Assembly: GCA_964016885.1 (NCBI GenBank)
Contig: OZ024742.1
Coordinates: forward strand, 63,302,001-63,366,000
Reading direction: 5' to 3'
Origin: Eledone cirrhosa
Lineage: Eukaryota
DNA length: 64,000 bases
This document shows positions 1 to 14,734 of this stretch, piece by piece (the stretch's first letter is position 1; each line of letters starts with the position of its first letter). The notes beneath the pieces were generated by a model that was not told the origin of the DNA, did not search any database, and worked only from the letters and a program-made list of their open reading frames with translations. The position numbers were made by a program, and so were the translations under genes.

Positions 1-341
1 GTTAGGGCGTAGAATAGAACGCTTTGTTGTATTTGTTACGCTTCTCTGTGGTCTGAGTTCAAATTCTGCCGAGGTCAATTTTGCCTTCCATTCCGAGCTC
101 AATTAGAGAAATACTAGTTCAATATTGGGATCGATTCTTCCTCTATATTTCTTTCTCGCTTCCTTTCTCTCACTATCTCTCTCCTTCTCTGGAAGAAATC
201 GGCTATGTTTAGATCTGAAGAGGGATGGGCTCCGCCAGGTTTAAAATGCTCAAAAAATGCCGTATCTCACTACGGTTCGCCTACAACCCCACCAGGAGTT
301 ACGGATCAATCCATACATGAGTAGCATATATAAGAAAAGTA

Positions 342-509
342 ACTTTTCGATGCCAACAAAGCCACTTATTTAAACAAATATATGGAGTAACCATAGGTTT
401 TCCCTTGGGCATTATGTTCGCAGAATTCTATCTAGCCTCACTAGATAACAAAGCAGTAATAAAACACAAGCAAATAGATGAATGATATACTAGGTATATG
501 TATGCATTA
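342..509 (+). pseudogene. Degenerate Penelope-like reverse transcriptase fragment (RT4-RT5 region)
   Basis: Manual translation from 342: TFRCQQSHLFKQIYGVTIGFPLGIMFAEFYLASLDNK...*YTRYMYA, matching the PLE pattern Y-Q--GVAMGSPLG--FA-FYM--LE....Y-RYVDD; contains a stop. Confidence 0.6.
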
Positions 510-694
510 ATTTATTCCTGTACTGATTTCAGTCATTACATTGTGGCCATGCTGGTACTTATTTCAGTCCGCTACTAATTTTATTAATCTCAACATATCG
601 AGTGACTAGGTTAACCTTTAACGCAAAGGGACACAACTCGACACAAAGATTAAGCATACACTGACAACACTCATAGATATACCCCAACATACAT

Positions 695-1130
695 AAGAGA
701 GTCGACTGAAAAGTTCATAGGCAGATCAAGATACTCTCATGGAACGACCAAATGAGGTTTACTTTTCAACATAGTCCCTGGAAAGAAATAATGCATTTAT
801 TAATAAAGGTTTCTTATATAGGCACAAGGCCAGCAATTGTGAGGGAGGGGAAAGTCGATTAAATCGACCCCAGTGCGTGACAGGTACTTTATTTTATCAA
901 CCCCGTAAGGATGAAAGGCAAAGTTAACCTAGGCGGGATTTGAACTCAGATCATAAAGGGCCGTAACTCTTTGCTGAAAAGCATGGCGTTCGACCCTCTA
1001 CCGATACTGCCAATCCACCGCCCTGATGCATTTATTAATAATAAGAGTTGAAATTAATGCATGCAAAATTTCACAGCTCTAGCATCATTCCTTCATAGTC
1101 AGTCCATAAACTTCTCAGCTGACCTGCATA
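695..1130 (-). mobile_element. Internally deleted mariner-derived MITE, interrupted by a SINE
   Basis: Ends gtcgactgaaaagttcataggcaga...agtcagtccataaacttctcagctgacc resemble the TIRs of the mariner at 34275-35552; subterminal sequence matches that element's ends in reverse orientation. Confidence 0.65.
807..1025 (-). mobile_element. tRNA-derived SINE with 16-bp TSD
   Basis: Head with A/B-box-like motifs (tggcagtatcggt; gagttcaaatccc) and central gcctttcatccttacggggt(t/c)gataaaataaagtacc (from recall similar to the Meta/MESC SINE domain); TSD ATGCATTTATTAATAA at 791-806 and 1026-1041. Confidence 0.85.
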
Positions 1131-1667
1131 CAAGCACGCTTACATAAAAACACACACACACACACACACACACACATATTAGTAGTACGGAAATTATTCA
1201 ATTTTCAACCTTTTTTGTCGATATCAACCATTTAGTAAAGGAAATCAACCAAGCGTCAGATCGAACCAAGAATAATATCATGTTCCTTGATATTTCCAGT
1301 GCCGGTCACAACTCCTGACAGAAGCGTCACCAACGTTTCCAATGGCAAGAGGTAAGATTCGACACTCTGAGTCGGAACAGCTATCGCAGAACATACCGTC
1401 GACCTATTTAACAATATCGCTAATTTGCCGACGCTGGACTGACCCTTTATCAAAACCTGTAAAGATGAAAGGCAAAATTGACTTTAGCGGGATTTGAACC
1501 AAGAACACAGAAAATCGCAACAAATACCAAGACGTTATATCCAGCAATCTAGCGACTTCACTAGATCGTTGTCATGTCGTGTCTCTTAAAAGCGAATTGG
1601 ATACATGTAGATTCATGACGACTTGTCGTCGTGTTCGACACGTCATTACTAACGCCATGTCTTAGAA

Positions 1668-2011
1668 CACAGGTTCTCAAAGTGGGTGCTGCCCCCAACC
1701 CGGAGGCGTTGAGAAGATTAAGGGGATGCTGGAGCCTAAGGGGCAGTAGAGATGATGTAATAGCATATTAAATATCAAATTATACATATATATAAATACA
1801 ATAAAACAAGAAATATATAATACTTATTTATGTATAGTATATATTATATTATTTATTATAAATTAACAGTTTTATTTATTATATATCATTTACAATTTGC
1901 GTGTAGGCAGGTATCTTTGGAAATAGGGTTGGGGGCGCTGGGGGGTAATACGTGGTTGTGAGCCTCCCCCCCCCCCTCACAACCATGTACCAAAAAGTTT
2001 GAGAACTTCTG
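1668..2011. mobile_element. hAT-type MITE
   Basis: Imperfect TIRs cacaggttctcaaa / tttgagaacttctg and 8-bp TSD TCTTAGAA at 1660-1667 and 2012-2019. Confidence 0.75.
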
Positions 2012-2413
2012 TCTTAGAATATTCCCATAATTTGGTATCTATTGCCGTATATACTCATATGTACACTCGTGATAGCTATTACTTTATATACTCATGCATA
2101 CAAGTATATACTCACGTATACATGTATATATTTATGTATTCCCGTATATATTCATGTATATACGTGTTTACTCATGTATACAGTCTTGGTAGGCATTACT
2201 GAATATACTCATATACACTGATATTTCAAGGTAGCTATTAATGTATATACTCATATATAAACCGGCTTCATGCATAATGTGACCATTGATTTTCTTTTTG
2301 TTAAAAATTCTGATTTTATAATATACACACATAGATACACACACACACACACATACATACATACATACATACATACATACATACATACATACATACATAC
2401 ATACATACATACA

Positions 2414-3773
2414 TGGACGATAGACGAAATCCGAGCAATTGATGTTAAAACTCGAAAAATTCTAAACAACACCGGAAACTTCCACATCAACAGTGACATA
2501 GACCGCCTCTAGTTGAAACGTAAGCAGGGAGGCAGAGGCCTAACATCAGTCCAGACAGCATTTTACGAACCTCCAAACGTAGGAGCCCATCTATTGAGCA
2601 TGTCTATCTGTATGAGACAGATAAGATCATGAGAGTTGAGAAGGAACTCCTTGAAAGATACTCCCTGCGTGATAATCAAAAACTTACACCCTGGGAAATT
2701 GCCCAGCAGTATCGCAGTGAATCCATGGATGAAAAACTGCATGCTTATCAGCAAAAAATCATGCATGGATATGTTGCCAAGAAGCTCCAGAGTGAGAGTA
2801 ATATAGATAAACAAAGTAGTCTATCTTGGACTAACAACTACTATATTGGCTCCCACTTTGAAGGATATGCTTTTGCAATCCAAGAACCGGAAATCAACAC
2901 AAAATACCTGATTCACAAAAGAGATAGGGATGCAGGCAAAACACCTAGATGTGATAACAAGTGCAGACTCTGCAGAATTAACATCGAAGATATCACCCAT
3001 GTCATCAGCAGCTGTCCAAAGATGTCATCGCGGTACTCTCTACCTATGAGGCATGATGTAGTGGCCGAAACACTGTACATTGCAGTCCGTAGAAAATATA
3101 GCCCCGATAATAAACACATTAAAGAGTACAGCAATGTGGAAGACATATATATATACATAATATGAAAGGTAAAAACCCCAATAAAATGCAGGCATAACAA
3201 ACCAGATATAATGATATAGGACAGGGAAAAGAAGGCATGCATAGTAGTGGAAGTTAGCTGCCCAGCTGATGCCAATATAATATTAAAGATTAGCGAAAAT
3301 GAGAATATCTATGCAGAACTAATGAGAAATCTGCAGATACTCCACTCTGACTATAACTTCAAATTTATACCTGTGATTATTGGGGAACTGGGGTATGTTA
3401 GTAACTGTCTTAGTACAAATCTTGAGAAGCTGGGTTTCACAGAAACAGAAATAGCACGGCTAGTTAGGAAATTACAACTACAATCCATTAATGGAACAGT
3501 AAAAATATGTAAAACATTCCAAAAATTCTGCATCGAATAACTGCATATACTCTTGTACAGATATAAAGAACACATACAACTCAAAACATCCACATCCACA
3601 CATACAATAACATCCATACCTGCACACACATGCATGCATGCATGCAGGCATGCATACATATCTACCTAGTTGACGTTGTGTAAATTCCAATGAGAGAGTC
3701 TTGTAACCATGCTAGAACCCGATTCTCTCTCTCTGTATTGGCAAAAATTTGTGAAATTATAAAACCAAAAGAA
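2414..3773 (+). mobile_element. 5'-truncated R4/Dong-like non-LTR retrotransposon with restriction-like endonuclease, decayed
   Basis: ORF pieces give RT C-terminus (DVKTRKIL...SDIDRL*LKRKQGGRGL), CCHC knuckle CRLC...EDITHVISSC, RHD, KPD and VEVSCP (RLE PD-(D/E)xK), then a 3' UTR; flanked on both sides by (CATA)n. Confidence 0.88.
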
Positions 3774-3799
3774 CATACATACATACATACATACATACA

Positions 3800-3830
<31 letters not shown>

Positions 3831-5975
3831 GATGTGTTTCTAGTTCCTGAAGGACCTCTAGGCTTCAGCCTAGTCCGGTTTGTGACTAATATGACCCTAT
3901 ATAGTCCCCGTGTATAATACGATTCTAACTTTTAAGCAATATTAGTAGGCTTATCATAGTGGAACATTTCAGTACTGGGTAAAATGTTAGGCGTATTTAT
4001 TTTTAGCAATTCTTCATTTATACAAAATATTTGTAGATTTTAAGCAGAATACACAGCGAATGGTGTTCTGCTCTTCATAATAGCAACAGAAAGAATCCAG
4101 GAAGCAGGCCAAAAGATCTCACTAGTATTATCAAGGTCAGCTAAAGGTAGCATGCGAATGGAGGGTAAGCCAACCAGCTAGGTTAAGGCCACAGAAAATG
4201 TATGAATGCTATTCACTCCCATCACATACCTACGTATCGTGCCACCATTTTTTGCGTAAGAATTTAATAATAAAAACTCGCACTATTGGCACGTATCTCA
4301 TATAAGTTCTTATTTCACATAGCAAAACTATTTATTCATTAAGTATCCAGTTTGTGTGTGCGTGTATGTAAGGGAGAGAAGTGAAAAATGTCTTTGTTTT
4401 TCCCCACAAATGAGTCTATGCAATGGAATTTAAATATATTATGGAGTACGACTAAACCAAGAACCACGTGGTTACGAAGCGAACTCCTTAAACACACAGC
4501 CTTGTTAACGCCTATGCTATGGAATTTATATATATTATAGAGTTGTATTTGTTTAGCAAATGACTGATTTGAGAGCATTTTTTGAAACTGAAACAATAAC
4601 ATCGTGGAACACTAACCATTTAAAAACAACAACCAACAAAATGAATAGCTGGAGTAGCTCTTCCCGGGTTTGTATGACACGTCTGGTCCTTTTAATTACA
4701 GGTACAGTCTATCGTGTATTATAGTGAAAGGGCTGAACATTTCACAGGCAAAGGTACCCTTAACGTAATTCTCAGAGTGATTAAACGCGGCAAAGTTTGT
4801 GACAAAGCTGGCCGTTTAAATCACAGGTTCAATCCATCGTGTAATATAATGTAAGTTGCTGAACATTCCACAACAGGTGTACATTTAACGTAATTCTCAG
4901 GGAGATTCACCATGGCACAATGTGTGCAATACTGGCTCTTTCAATTACAGATACAGTCATCATATATGCTTTCATATATAACCTTATGATGAACCAGGCT
5001 ATATTAGTGCCACTGGTAATTGCCTACCTACCTTTAATCAGTCAAGTTCCCACTACATGAAAATGAGCATATCTAACTACTGTTTCATACACAAAACCCA
5101 TATAGATTTTAGCCTATTTTGTCTCAGTAGCGATTCAGTAAATGTCAGTGATGATGGATAAGAATCCAGAAGCAGATGTCGGGCATTCTCATCACTAATG
5201 TAACATGATCATAGCGAGACTCTTGTATGTTTATTATGCACACACATATCCTATATGTTTTCATATACACTCCTATGATGAACCACGCTACGTTAGTGCC
5301 ACTTCTAATTACCATACATACATACATGGTGGCTGCCAACTCGTTTTTGAGTACAGCCACTACTTTATATCCATGTAGGACAACCCCTACGGATGCGCTG
5401 AACAAGTGTGACTTTTTAGACCAGCCAGTGACTTGAAAACTCTGGTACAGACACTACACTTGTGACAATTATTGACACATAGTGCTGGGCCCATGGTACC
5501 ATGTGATGACAAGTGCAGAGAGTATAAAGCAATGCCTGTGCCGTGAAGCTTTTATAGTGAGCAAAGGCACTGCACAAAGCCAGTCCCAATCTCTTAACCA
5601 AGATGGTATTTACCAAAAAGAAGAACAAGTCAACATCATTGGATACCATCAGGGTTGCAGGTGTTATATCAAAGTTTTCCTTCTCCTAGAATTCTGCCTT
5701 GACAAAGGCTAAGGGGTCATCTCTCCCGGTGATTTTGGATGGCCATTGACTCTTAAGAGCTCCTTTGCCCTTTGACAGGTTTTGTTTTTAGTCCTGCAGG
5801 ATGTCCAAAGTCACCCTCCTCACCAAGAAACCTTGGTGGGGTGGCCAGTTTAGTCGCCAACGATCCGACCATGGGACAGGTTGTACTGGGATACATGTTA
5901 CCAGTAGCACCAACTGGTGACCTGACATACATACATACATACATACATACATACATACATACATACATACATACA

Positions 5976-6005
<30 letters not shown>

Positions 6006-6006
<1 letters not shown>

Positions 6007-7195
6007 GGGTTACTTAACTGGGCGCTAGATGAGATCGAACCATTGATATTAAAACCCGAAAAATGTCTACATTAGCTGTAGCATAGACCACCTCTACCCA
6101 AAGCATAAACAGGAAGGCAGGGGATTACCGTTGATCCAAACAACTTTTGAATATTACATCATAACCCTTTGACATCTAACCATAAAGTGTGGGAGCTCAT
6201 CCTTAGATCCAGTCTATCTACACGAAGCAGATAGTATCAAAAGTATTGGGAAGGAGTTTCTTGAGAAGTAATCCCTGAATGATGAGTAGAAATATACACT
6301 CAGTAAAGTTGCATAATACTATTGCAACGAATCCGTGGATGGAAAACTAATATTTTCGGCTTCACCACAAATTTTACTCTAGCACTCATCTCCCCGCAAC
6401 ACACGGACATCACAGATGTCTCGATTAAGAACAAAATCTATCATATGCCACTGCTTCAAACCTGGGTGCATCCATGTTGTCTTTTGCTTCTCCTTGTGCT
6501 GGAAAAAAGTGTTAGTTATACAAAGACTTATCTCTTAGCATATTTGCAGGAATAAAAGGCCATTACTATTACACTTTATATTCCATATTTACCAATATCA
6601 TCTAAAGTTCTGTGGTCTTTTCCAGCCCTAGTATTAAAATCCCAAAGTTCTTTTAAGAAAATATAAAATGCAAGCTTTTCGTCCTCCCTAGATCACATAG
6701 TCGGAACATATGAACTCACAAATGTAACGAGCTTTTCCTTGGATAGTGGAACCATCAGAGAAACGAGCCGCTCAAAGAAACTACGAAGAAATTCATCTAG
6801 TTTAGAAGCAATTGTATTTTTAACAGCAAATGCCACTCCTTTTGATCTTCCACTCCAATAAAAGTATATATATCTGACCGTTCCTGAAAATGACTGTCCT
6901 CAACAACCTGATTTCAGAAACAGAAATTCACCATGTAATAACTGCATATACACACGTATAGATACAGAAACAGATGCACACATATACACATATAACTCAA
7001 AACATACAGATCCACACATGCAATAACATCCATACCTATACACACTCACAAACACATACAGATATACAAGAGAACCCACATACGTATTTACCTAGTTGAT
7101 GCTTAAATTCCAATGAAAAAGTCTTGTCTCGAATGTAGAACCCGACTCTCTCTCTATTGATGATCATTTATGAAATAAAATCAGAAGAGCATACA
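6006..7195 (+). mobile_element. Older, interrupted copy of the same R4-like family (6006-6345 RT tail; ~6935-7195 3' UTR)
   Basis: Nucleotide similarity to 2414-2740 and 3540-3773; starts directly after (CATA)n 5926-6004. Confidence 0.65.
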
Positions 7196-7439
7196 TGTGA
7201 TGATATTGATGTAGGCCGACATCGATCAGAAGGCAATGGAGAGGCACAGTTGTTGGTACGACTTGATGGTAGGAACATGGGAGAGGAAGAATGAATAGGT
7301 GTATGGAAAAAAACATGAACGGCAGGAGAGACAAAGAAAGAGAAATAGAGAAAAAGTGAGATGGAGACAGTGAGAGTGACAGAGAGTTAATGTAATGGAG
7401 GAGTAAAGGGAGAGAGAGAGATAGAAATATAGAAAGATA

Positions 7440-9290
<1,851 letters not shown>

Positions 9291-10667
9291 AAAACATCAA
9301 CACGAACCAACGGAGTAACCTTTCAAAAGTCGGTTGATCTACTAGAAATAGCAACCAAATCTGCCCGACTCCCCAAACAGCGTACTGTCTTAGAAAAGGG
9401 CACGTTGGTTAGATAACGTGGTCCAGGATTCTCTTCACATAGGACATAGATGGGATGGTCACAGCTGGAATGTATTTGATCAATCCGGGCTGACCTTTCA
9501 TTAAACTCTTCTTCTTCTTCTTCTTCTTCTTCTTCTTCTTCTTCTTCTTCTTCTTCTTCTTCTTCTTCTTTCACTTATTCCCAGGAAGATCGTGAGGGCA
9601 GAGGTCTCAAATACTCCGTCCAGCAGGCCCTGTCAGAAGCAACCGTCTCCAACTGATCCGGCTGGATCCTCAATCGTGACTAGGCAAGCTCATGGATGTT
9701 ATCCAACCATCATGCTCGGAGTCTACCCCAGAGTCTCTTGCCAGTTGATTTTGCCCGTACCATCTGTCCAGCGATTTTTTCCTGAGACATTCTTGTTGAC
9801 TAGACTATTGACAACAAAAATAACAAAACGCGCCACATTTATCATGGCTCTATCGTAATGATAGAAAGCGCGTGTTCTAGTGGTTAAAGTGTTCCAATCA
9901 CGATGTTAAGATCATAAATTCGGTTCCTGGACCAAGCGGTGTGTTGTGTCCAACAGCTGGAGAAAAGGGTGTGAGACAACATTGGTGTGGGAGTGTTAGA
10001 ACGAACATATAACTGAAGGGTTGATATTTCAACCTAATTTGATCTTATCAACTTCGGCGTGATAGTTGTATAATCCCAGGCCATCACTGACTGCGCAAAC
10101 CACTGCTGAAAGACATTCCAGCCATGACTATCATATCATTCTATCAGGTACTACATATCTAGGATTGTGTCCATCCTTTTTCAATGTGGTATGGTATAAA
10201 TTAAAAGAGATTTGGCTGTTATTTCTCGGATCATTTCTATAATCCTTCCATTATTGATATTATCTGTCGTTCACAACTACTAGTAAAAGCATCACCGCTT
10301 TTTCCGATGACAGAAAGCAGGATTTGAACTTAGAACGGACAGAACCGGAACAGATTCTACAAAGCATCCCGTTCGATTCTTTAACAATTTCGCTAATCCC
10401 AATCCATCGCCTCTGGACTGATAATTTAATATCGACCCTAAATGGACGAAAAGAAAAGTTAACGTCGGTGAAATTTGAACTTAGAAGGTAGAGAGCCGAA
10501 ACAAATACCATGACATTTAACCCGATGTTTTAACCATTCTGCCGATTCAAAGTTGGATCACAAAACTGAAGGATTTCTTTTCAAAACCAGACATTGCCTC
10601 AGCCTTAGTCAGTTGTCCATCTCCTACAAGACACACATGAGTTCTACATTACAGTAATGGTTATATG

Positions 10668-10830
10668 TAGAGGGTCGAACGCCATGCTTTGCAGCATAGA
10701 ATTATGGCCCTTTACAGTCTCAGTTCAAATCCTGCCGAGGTTAACTTTGCCTTTCATCCTGACGGGGTCGATAAAATAAAGTACTATTAATGCACTGGGA
10801 CAATTGCTGGCCTTGTGCCAAAAGAAGAAA
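10668..10830 (+). mobile_element. tRNA-derived SINE (5'-truncated)
   Basis: Same body as 807-1025. Confidence 0.8.
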
Positions 10831-12139
10831 CAGTTATATGTATATCCAGGGCGCTGATACTTCTACAGGTCTAATACTTCAGCAACTTCTAAGGACGCAG
10901 ATATGTCTAAGTGGTCCAGAGTTCGACCCCACTAAGTGGAATCTTGGGCAAGTGTATTTACCACAGCATCGGGTCGACCCAAGCTTAGTGAGTTAGGGAA
11001 GACGGAAACTGCGTGCAGTGCAAGCCGGTTGAATGGATTCTACATGTAATTCAAAAGCCCAGCCTTGTTATCTACTGTGTCTCATTTATTCAATCTGAGA
11101 ATTACGTTAGTGGTGCACGTGTCTGTGAAATACTCAACTATTTACAAGTCATTTAATAAGTTAGACGTTCAGTTGATCGAACACCTGAATACCCACCATG
11201 GAAACTGACGGAGGACCCATTACTTCTACAAACACAAACATCCGAATACAAGGCAATTTCATTCATTGACATTGACAAATACATTTCGCGGCGAAGTGAC
11301 AGATGCAAAAAGAAAACCTCGTGCAAATTATTCCTGCTCCTTGAATTCTGGGTTCAAATCTTGCCGAGTTTAACTGTGTCTTTCATTCTTCAGGGGTCAC
11401 TATATAAAGTACTAGTCTAGTGTGGAAGAATGTTGGACACATTCGAGCGTCAGGTGGGTTCTCTTGTGGTTGCTTCAGCAGAGTGGTTAAAACGTCGGAT
11501 TGAAGGTATCGGTATTTGTTTCGACTCTCTGCCCTCTAAGTTCTGAGTTCAAATCCCGCCGTGGACAACATAGGTGGTAGATGTAATCCTTCACCGGTTT
11601 AACACCACCATCTGGTCATTGGGTACCTTTAGCAGAATCCGCTCTGTTGTGAACATTCGAACTAGGTCCAAGTTTGGTATACGTTCCTCTCTCTACTCCT
11701 CCAGTCTCGGAGGCACTGCTCTCCTTTATGACCATGTGATGATACACTACATTTGCCGGCTCCCAGAAGCACTGTTGCTTCTCTCCGTCATTTCTATTTA
11801 CAACTACTACAATTTATGATTATTTCAATAATTACAAATTAAATTAAATTATAGAATTAAGACTAATTCTAATTAATGTCTCATGCTATTTGTATTTAAA
11901 TCTTAATTAACTGATAATTTAAAATTATTCATATTTTTGGGGGTTCATTTTCGTCATAAACTTCGAACTGAAGTGTGACACTTCTTCATAACAGACAGTA
12001 CAACAAATTACCTTCAAATTGGAATGAGGGCGTCACACCCGAAGAAGGAGCCCCGCGAGGAAGTATAGCTGCTGCAATGGGTACACACATACACACACTC
12101 ACACACAAACACTCACATACACACACAAACACTCACACT

Positions 12140-12171
<32 letters not shown>

Positions 12172-12191
12172 CACATGTGTGTGTATGGGTG

Positions 12192-12245
<54 letters not shown>

Positions 12246-12771
12246 CGTGTGTGTCCGTTTGTATGTATATATGTATGTCCACTCTAACGCTTTTGCTGCC
12301 CGAGTTGTAATGAAATATTCTGCTTATGTGTATGAACTAATTTTGAAAATTTGAAGAATGCAATGAGAAAGTTAACCTTAACATTAGTAAGCTAATGGTT
12401 GAGACATTACATAACAAAGATTATTTTAATAAAATTATGATGGATGGCTTTAATATCAGCATGAATATTTTAAATTGAGCATATATTTATCATAAAACCA
12501 CATCGGTTTCAGGAGATTTGGTATCAAAAGGGTTAAGCTGAACATATCTTTTTGTTTATCTCCAAGTTAGCACTGATTTAACTGACCTACGTTTTTGTAT
12601 TTCCCGTATTACATTATCCAGTGTCTCCTTCCTTTTTAAAGACTCTCAGTTGTGATTTGAGGGCGAATATATAGAGCAGTGGTCTCCTGTCTAGGTTCAT
12701 ACAAACACAAACTTTCTTTCCCAACTTTTACACACTGTTTTCATGTACCTACCTGTCTCTCCTTACCCAAA

Positions 12772-12807
12772 CTTTCTTGATGAATGACTTCTGTCTGAAA
12801 CGTAAAA
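12772..12807 (+). ncRNA. Degenerate minimal hammerhead in a PLE 3' end that terminates in (TA)n at ~12890
   Basis: TTGATGA-atgacttctgtct-GAAAC-GTA; stem II gac/gtc; flanks resemble the PLE ends at 26883 and 18500. Confidence 0.5.
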
Positions 12808-12887
12808 CCCTCCTCCACTTCCTCCAGGCATGAACCTCATACGACTTTATAATTTTGCATGCCTGTGTTTGTTTTCTTTCTTTTATC

Positions 12888-12917
<30 letters not shown>

Positions 12918-12918
<1 letters not shown>

Positions 12919-13419
12919 CTTGTCTAATTACCCGCTCCTTGCTGCGGTTCACACATTTTTTTTTATAAGAAAATGATGATTGATTTTAAATCAGTGATAT
13001 AATTTATGGAGAAAAACTCTGCATTTCAATATTACTCAATGTAAAATGTAATGCATGAAAAATTAGAAAACATTATTTTTTGTAATATATCAAATCAAAA
13101 TTACATTATTAAATCTTATTCTTATTTTCTTTCTTGTAAATAATTTTTTTCAAAATATGGATTCAAAACATTTGTGAACAGGCATCATATCTTGTCATTT
13201 ACGTATGGTTTAAATTTCATATAAATCGAAGGGAAAACATTTTCAGCGGAGGTTTTCAGCGGAGGTTTGTGCCCCCGGGGAACCCTTTGAATAAAATGAA
13301 ATATACTTATCCAAGTACCCTGAGCAATGTAGTTTCAGAATATATATGGTTATGGGGGGTTATCTCCAAAACCATAGGAGGAGTTCGTGAACAAACAAAC
13401 AAACAGACAGGAACTACAA

Positions 13420-13420
<1 letters not shown>
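12918..13420. mobile_element. Helitron/Helentron-like non-autonomous element
   Basis: Starts acttgtctaattacccgctccttgctgcgg after (TA)n, resembling the start of 42570 (actagcagatttacccggcgttgctcgggg); ends with aaacaaacagacag...acttt before a microsatellite. Confidence 0.45.
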
Positions 13421-13493
<73 letters not shown>

Positions 13494-14060
13494 GTTATCA
13501 TATACATAAAATTAAAGATATATATATGTTGCAACTGTTCACTTTTAAGCTCTATGAAGAATTAATAAATTAAAATAAAAAAATCAGAGCATTATATCAT
13601 AAATCATGTCTTTAGAATCATCAGATATTAAAATATATACTATTTCTTCTTCTAATTAGCATAATTAACCATATACAGAATCAAATCTAGCAAGCTTTAA
13701 GAATAAATTTTCTTATGGGGAAATCTCTGACAAACAATCAACCGTAGCCTCTTCGCGGCAGCCCCGTTCCATTATTTATCAAACATTTCGACAGCATGTA
13801 GACTTCGACCAAATATACCATCAACCACACCCAATTAGTAGTAAAATTAAACTTAGAAGAAATGCTTTTAATTAAGCATACAATGTATTGCAAAATACAC
13901 TATATATACATTCATATATATATATATCGCTATTTCAGAGCACCAATTCTAATTGTCAATTTCTGCTGCACCGGCGACCGCTCTGTATAATCAGTTCCTG
14001 ATTATTACTGGAATTTTATAAGTATCCAACATATAATTTTCAGCAAACAGGAGGAGTAGT

Positions 14061-14098
14061 GAGCTTTGATAAGTACCAAGAAGTACGAAACAGAGCTC
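14061..14098 (+). ncRNA. Hammerhead-like fold with U3-A8 core, truncated stem III
   Basis: gagct-TTGATAA-gtac caagaa gtac-GAAA-cag-agctc; stem I 5 bp, extended by an imperfect helix 14035-14131. Confidence 0.55.
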
Positions 14099-14308
14099 TA
14101 TCAGTTTATCTCCCCTGTTAGCTGAAAATTTAAATAAGTGACATTGTCACTATTTTAAAACAATAGCGTATGGTCTTCAAAATGCTTTTAATTAAGCATA
14201 CAGTGTATTGCAAAATACACTATATATACATTCATATATTTCAGGGATAACTTGAACCGTTAAGGTATATTATCCTTGGTTATGTTAAATATTTATAAAA
14301 TATTTTGT

Positions 14309-14367
14309 ATTTTATCTGATGATAGCGTACCAAACTTTTGGTACCCTTGAAATATATATAATAGAAT
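14309..14367 (+). ncRNA. Canonical type I hammerhead ribozyme (PLE-type, palindromic stem III)
   Basis: attttat-CTGATGA-tagcgtaccaaacttttggtaccctt-GAAA-tatat-ATA-atagaat; stem I 7 bp, stem II gtaccaaa/tttggtac, stem III palindrome atatatat, AUA cleavage triplet. Confidence 0.82.
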
Positions 14368-14503
14368 AAATATGGTTTTATAAATATAGTTTCCATTTAT
14401 TTAATATCAATGTATATTATACTCCAGAAATCTGCTGAGTGCTCTAAATCAGTTATAAACATTTATATTTGTTGAATTACCAACAAATTGAATATCCATT
14501 CTG

Positions 14504-14543
<40 letters not shown>

Positions 14544-14734
14544 GATTTAAAAGAGTTGATAATACAACCGAGCGCTACGGGTAACATGTAACCCAGTATA
14601 ACCTGCCACATGTTCTGGTCGTCGGCGACTAAACCGGCAACTCCACCAAGCTTGTTTGATGATGAGGGTCATTTTTTAACACACCGCGGTATGAAATACA
14701 AAACTGCAGCTGATGGAAAGGACATAACAGTTGT

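Noticed and set aside
1256-1453. 65-aa complex-sequence ORF as a possible host exon
   Set aside because: No recognisable domain, starts inside a SINE remnant, no supporting neighbouring exons
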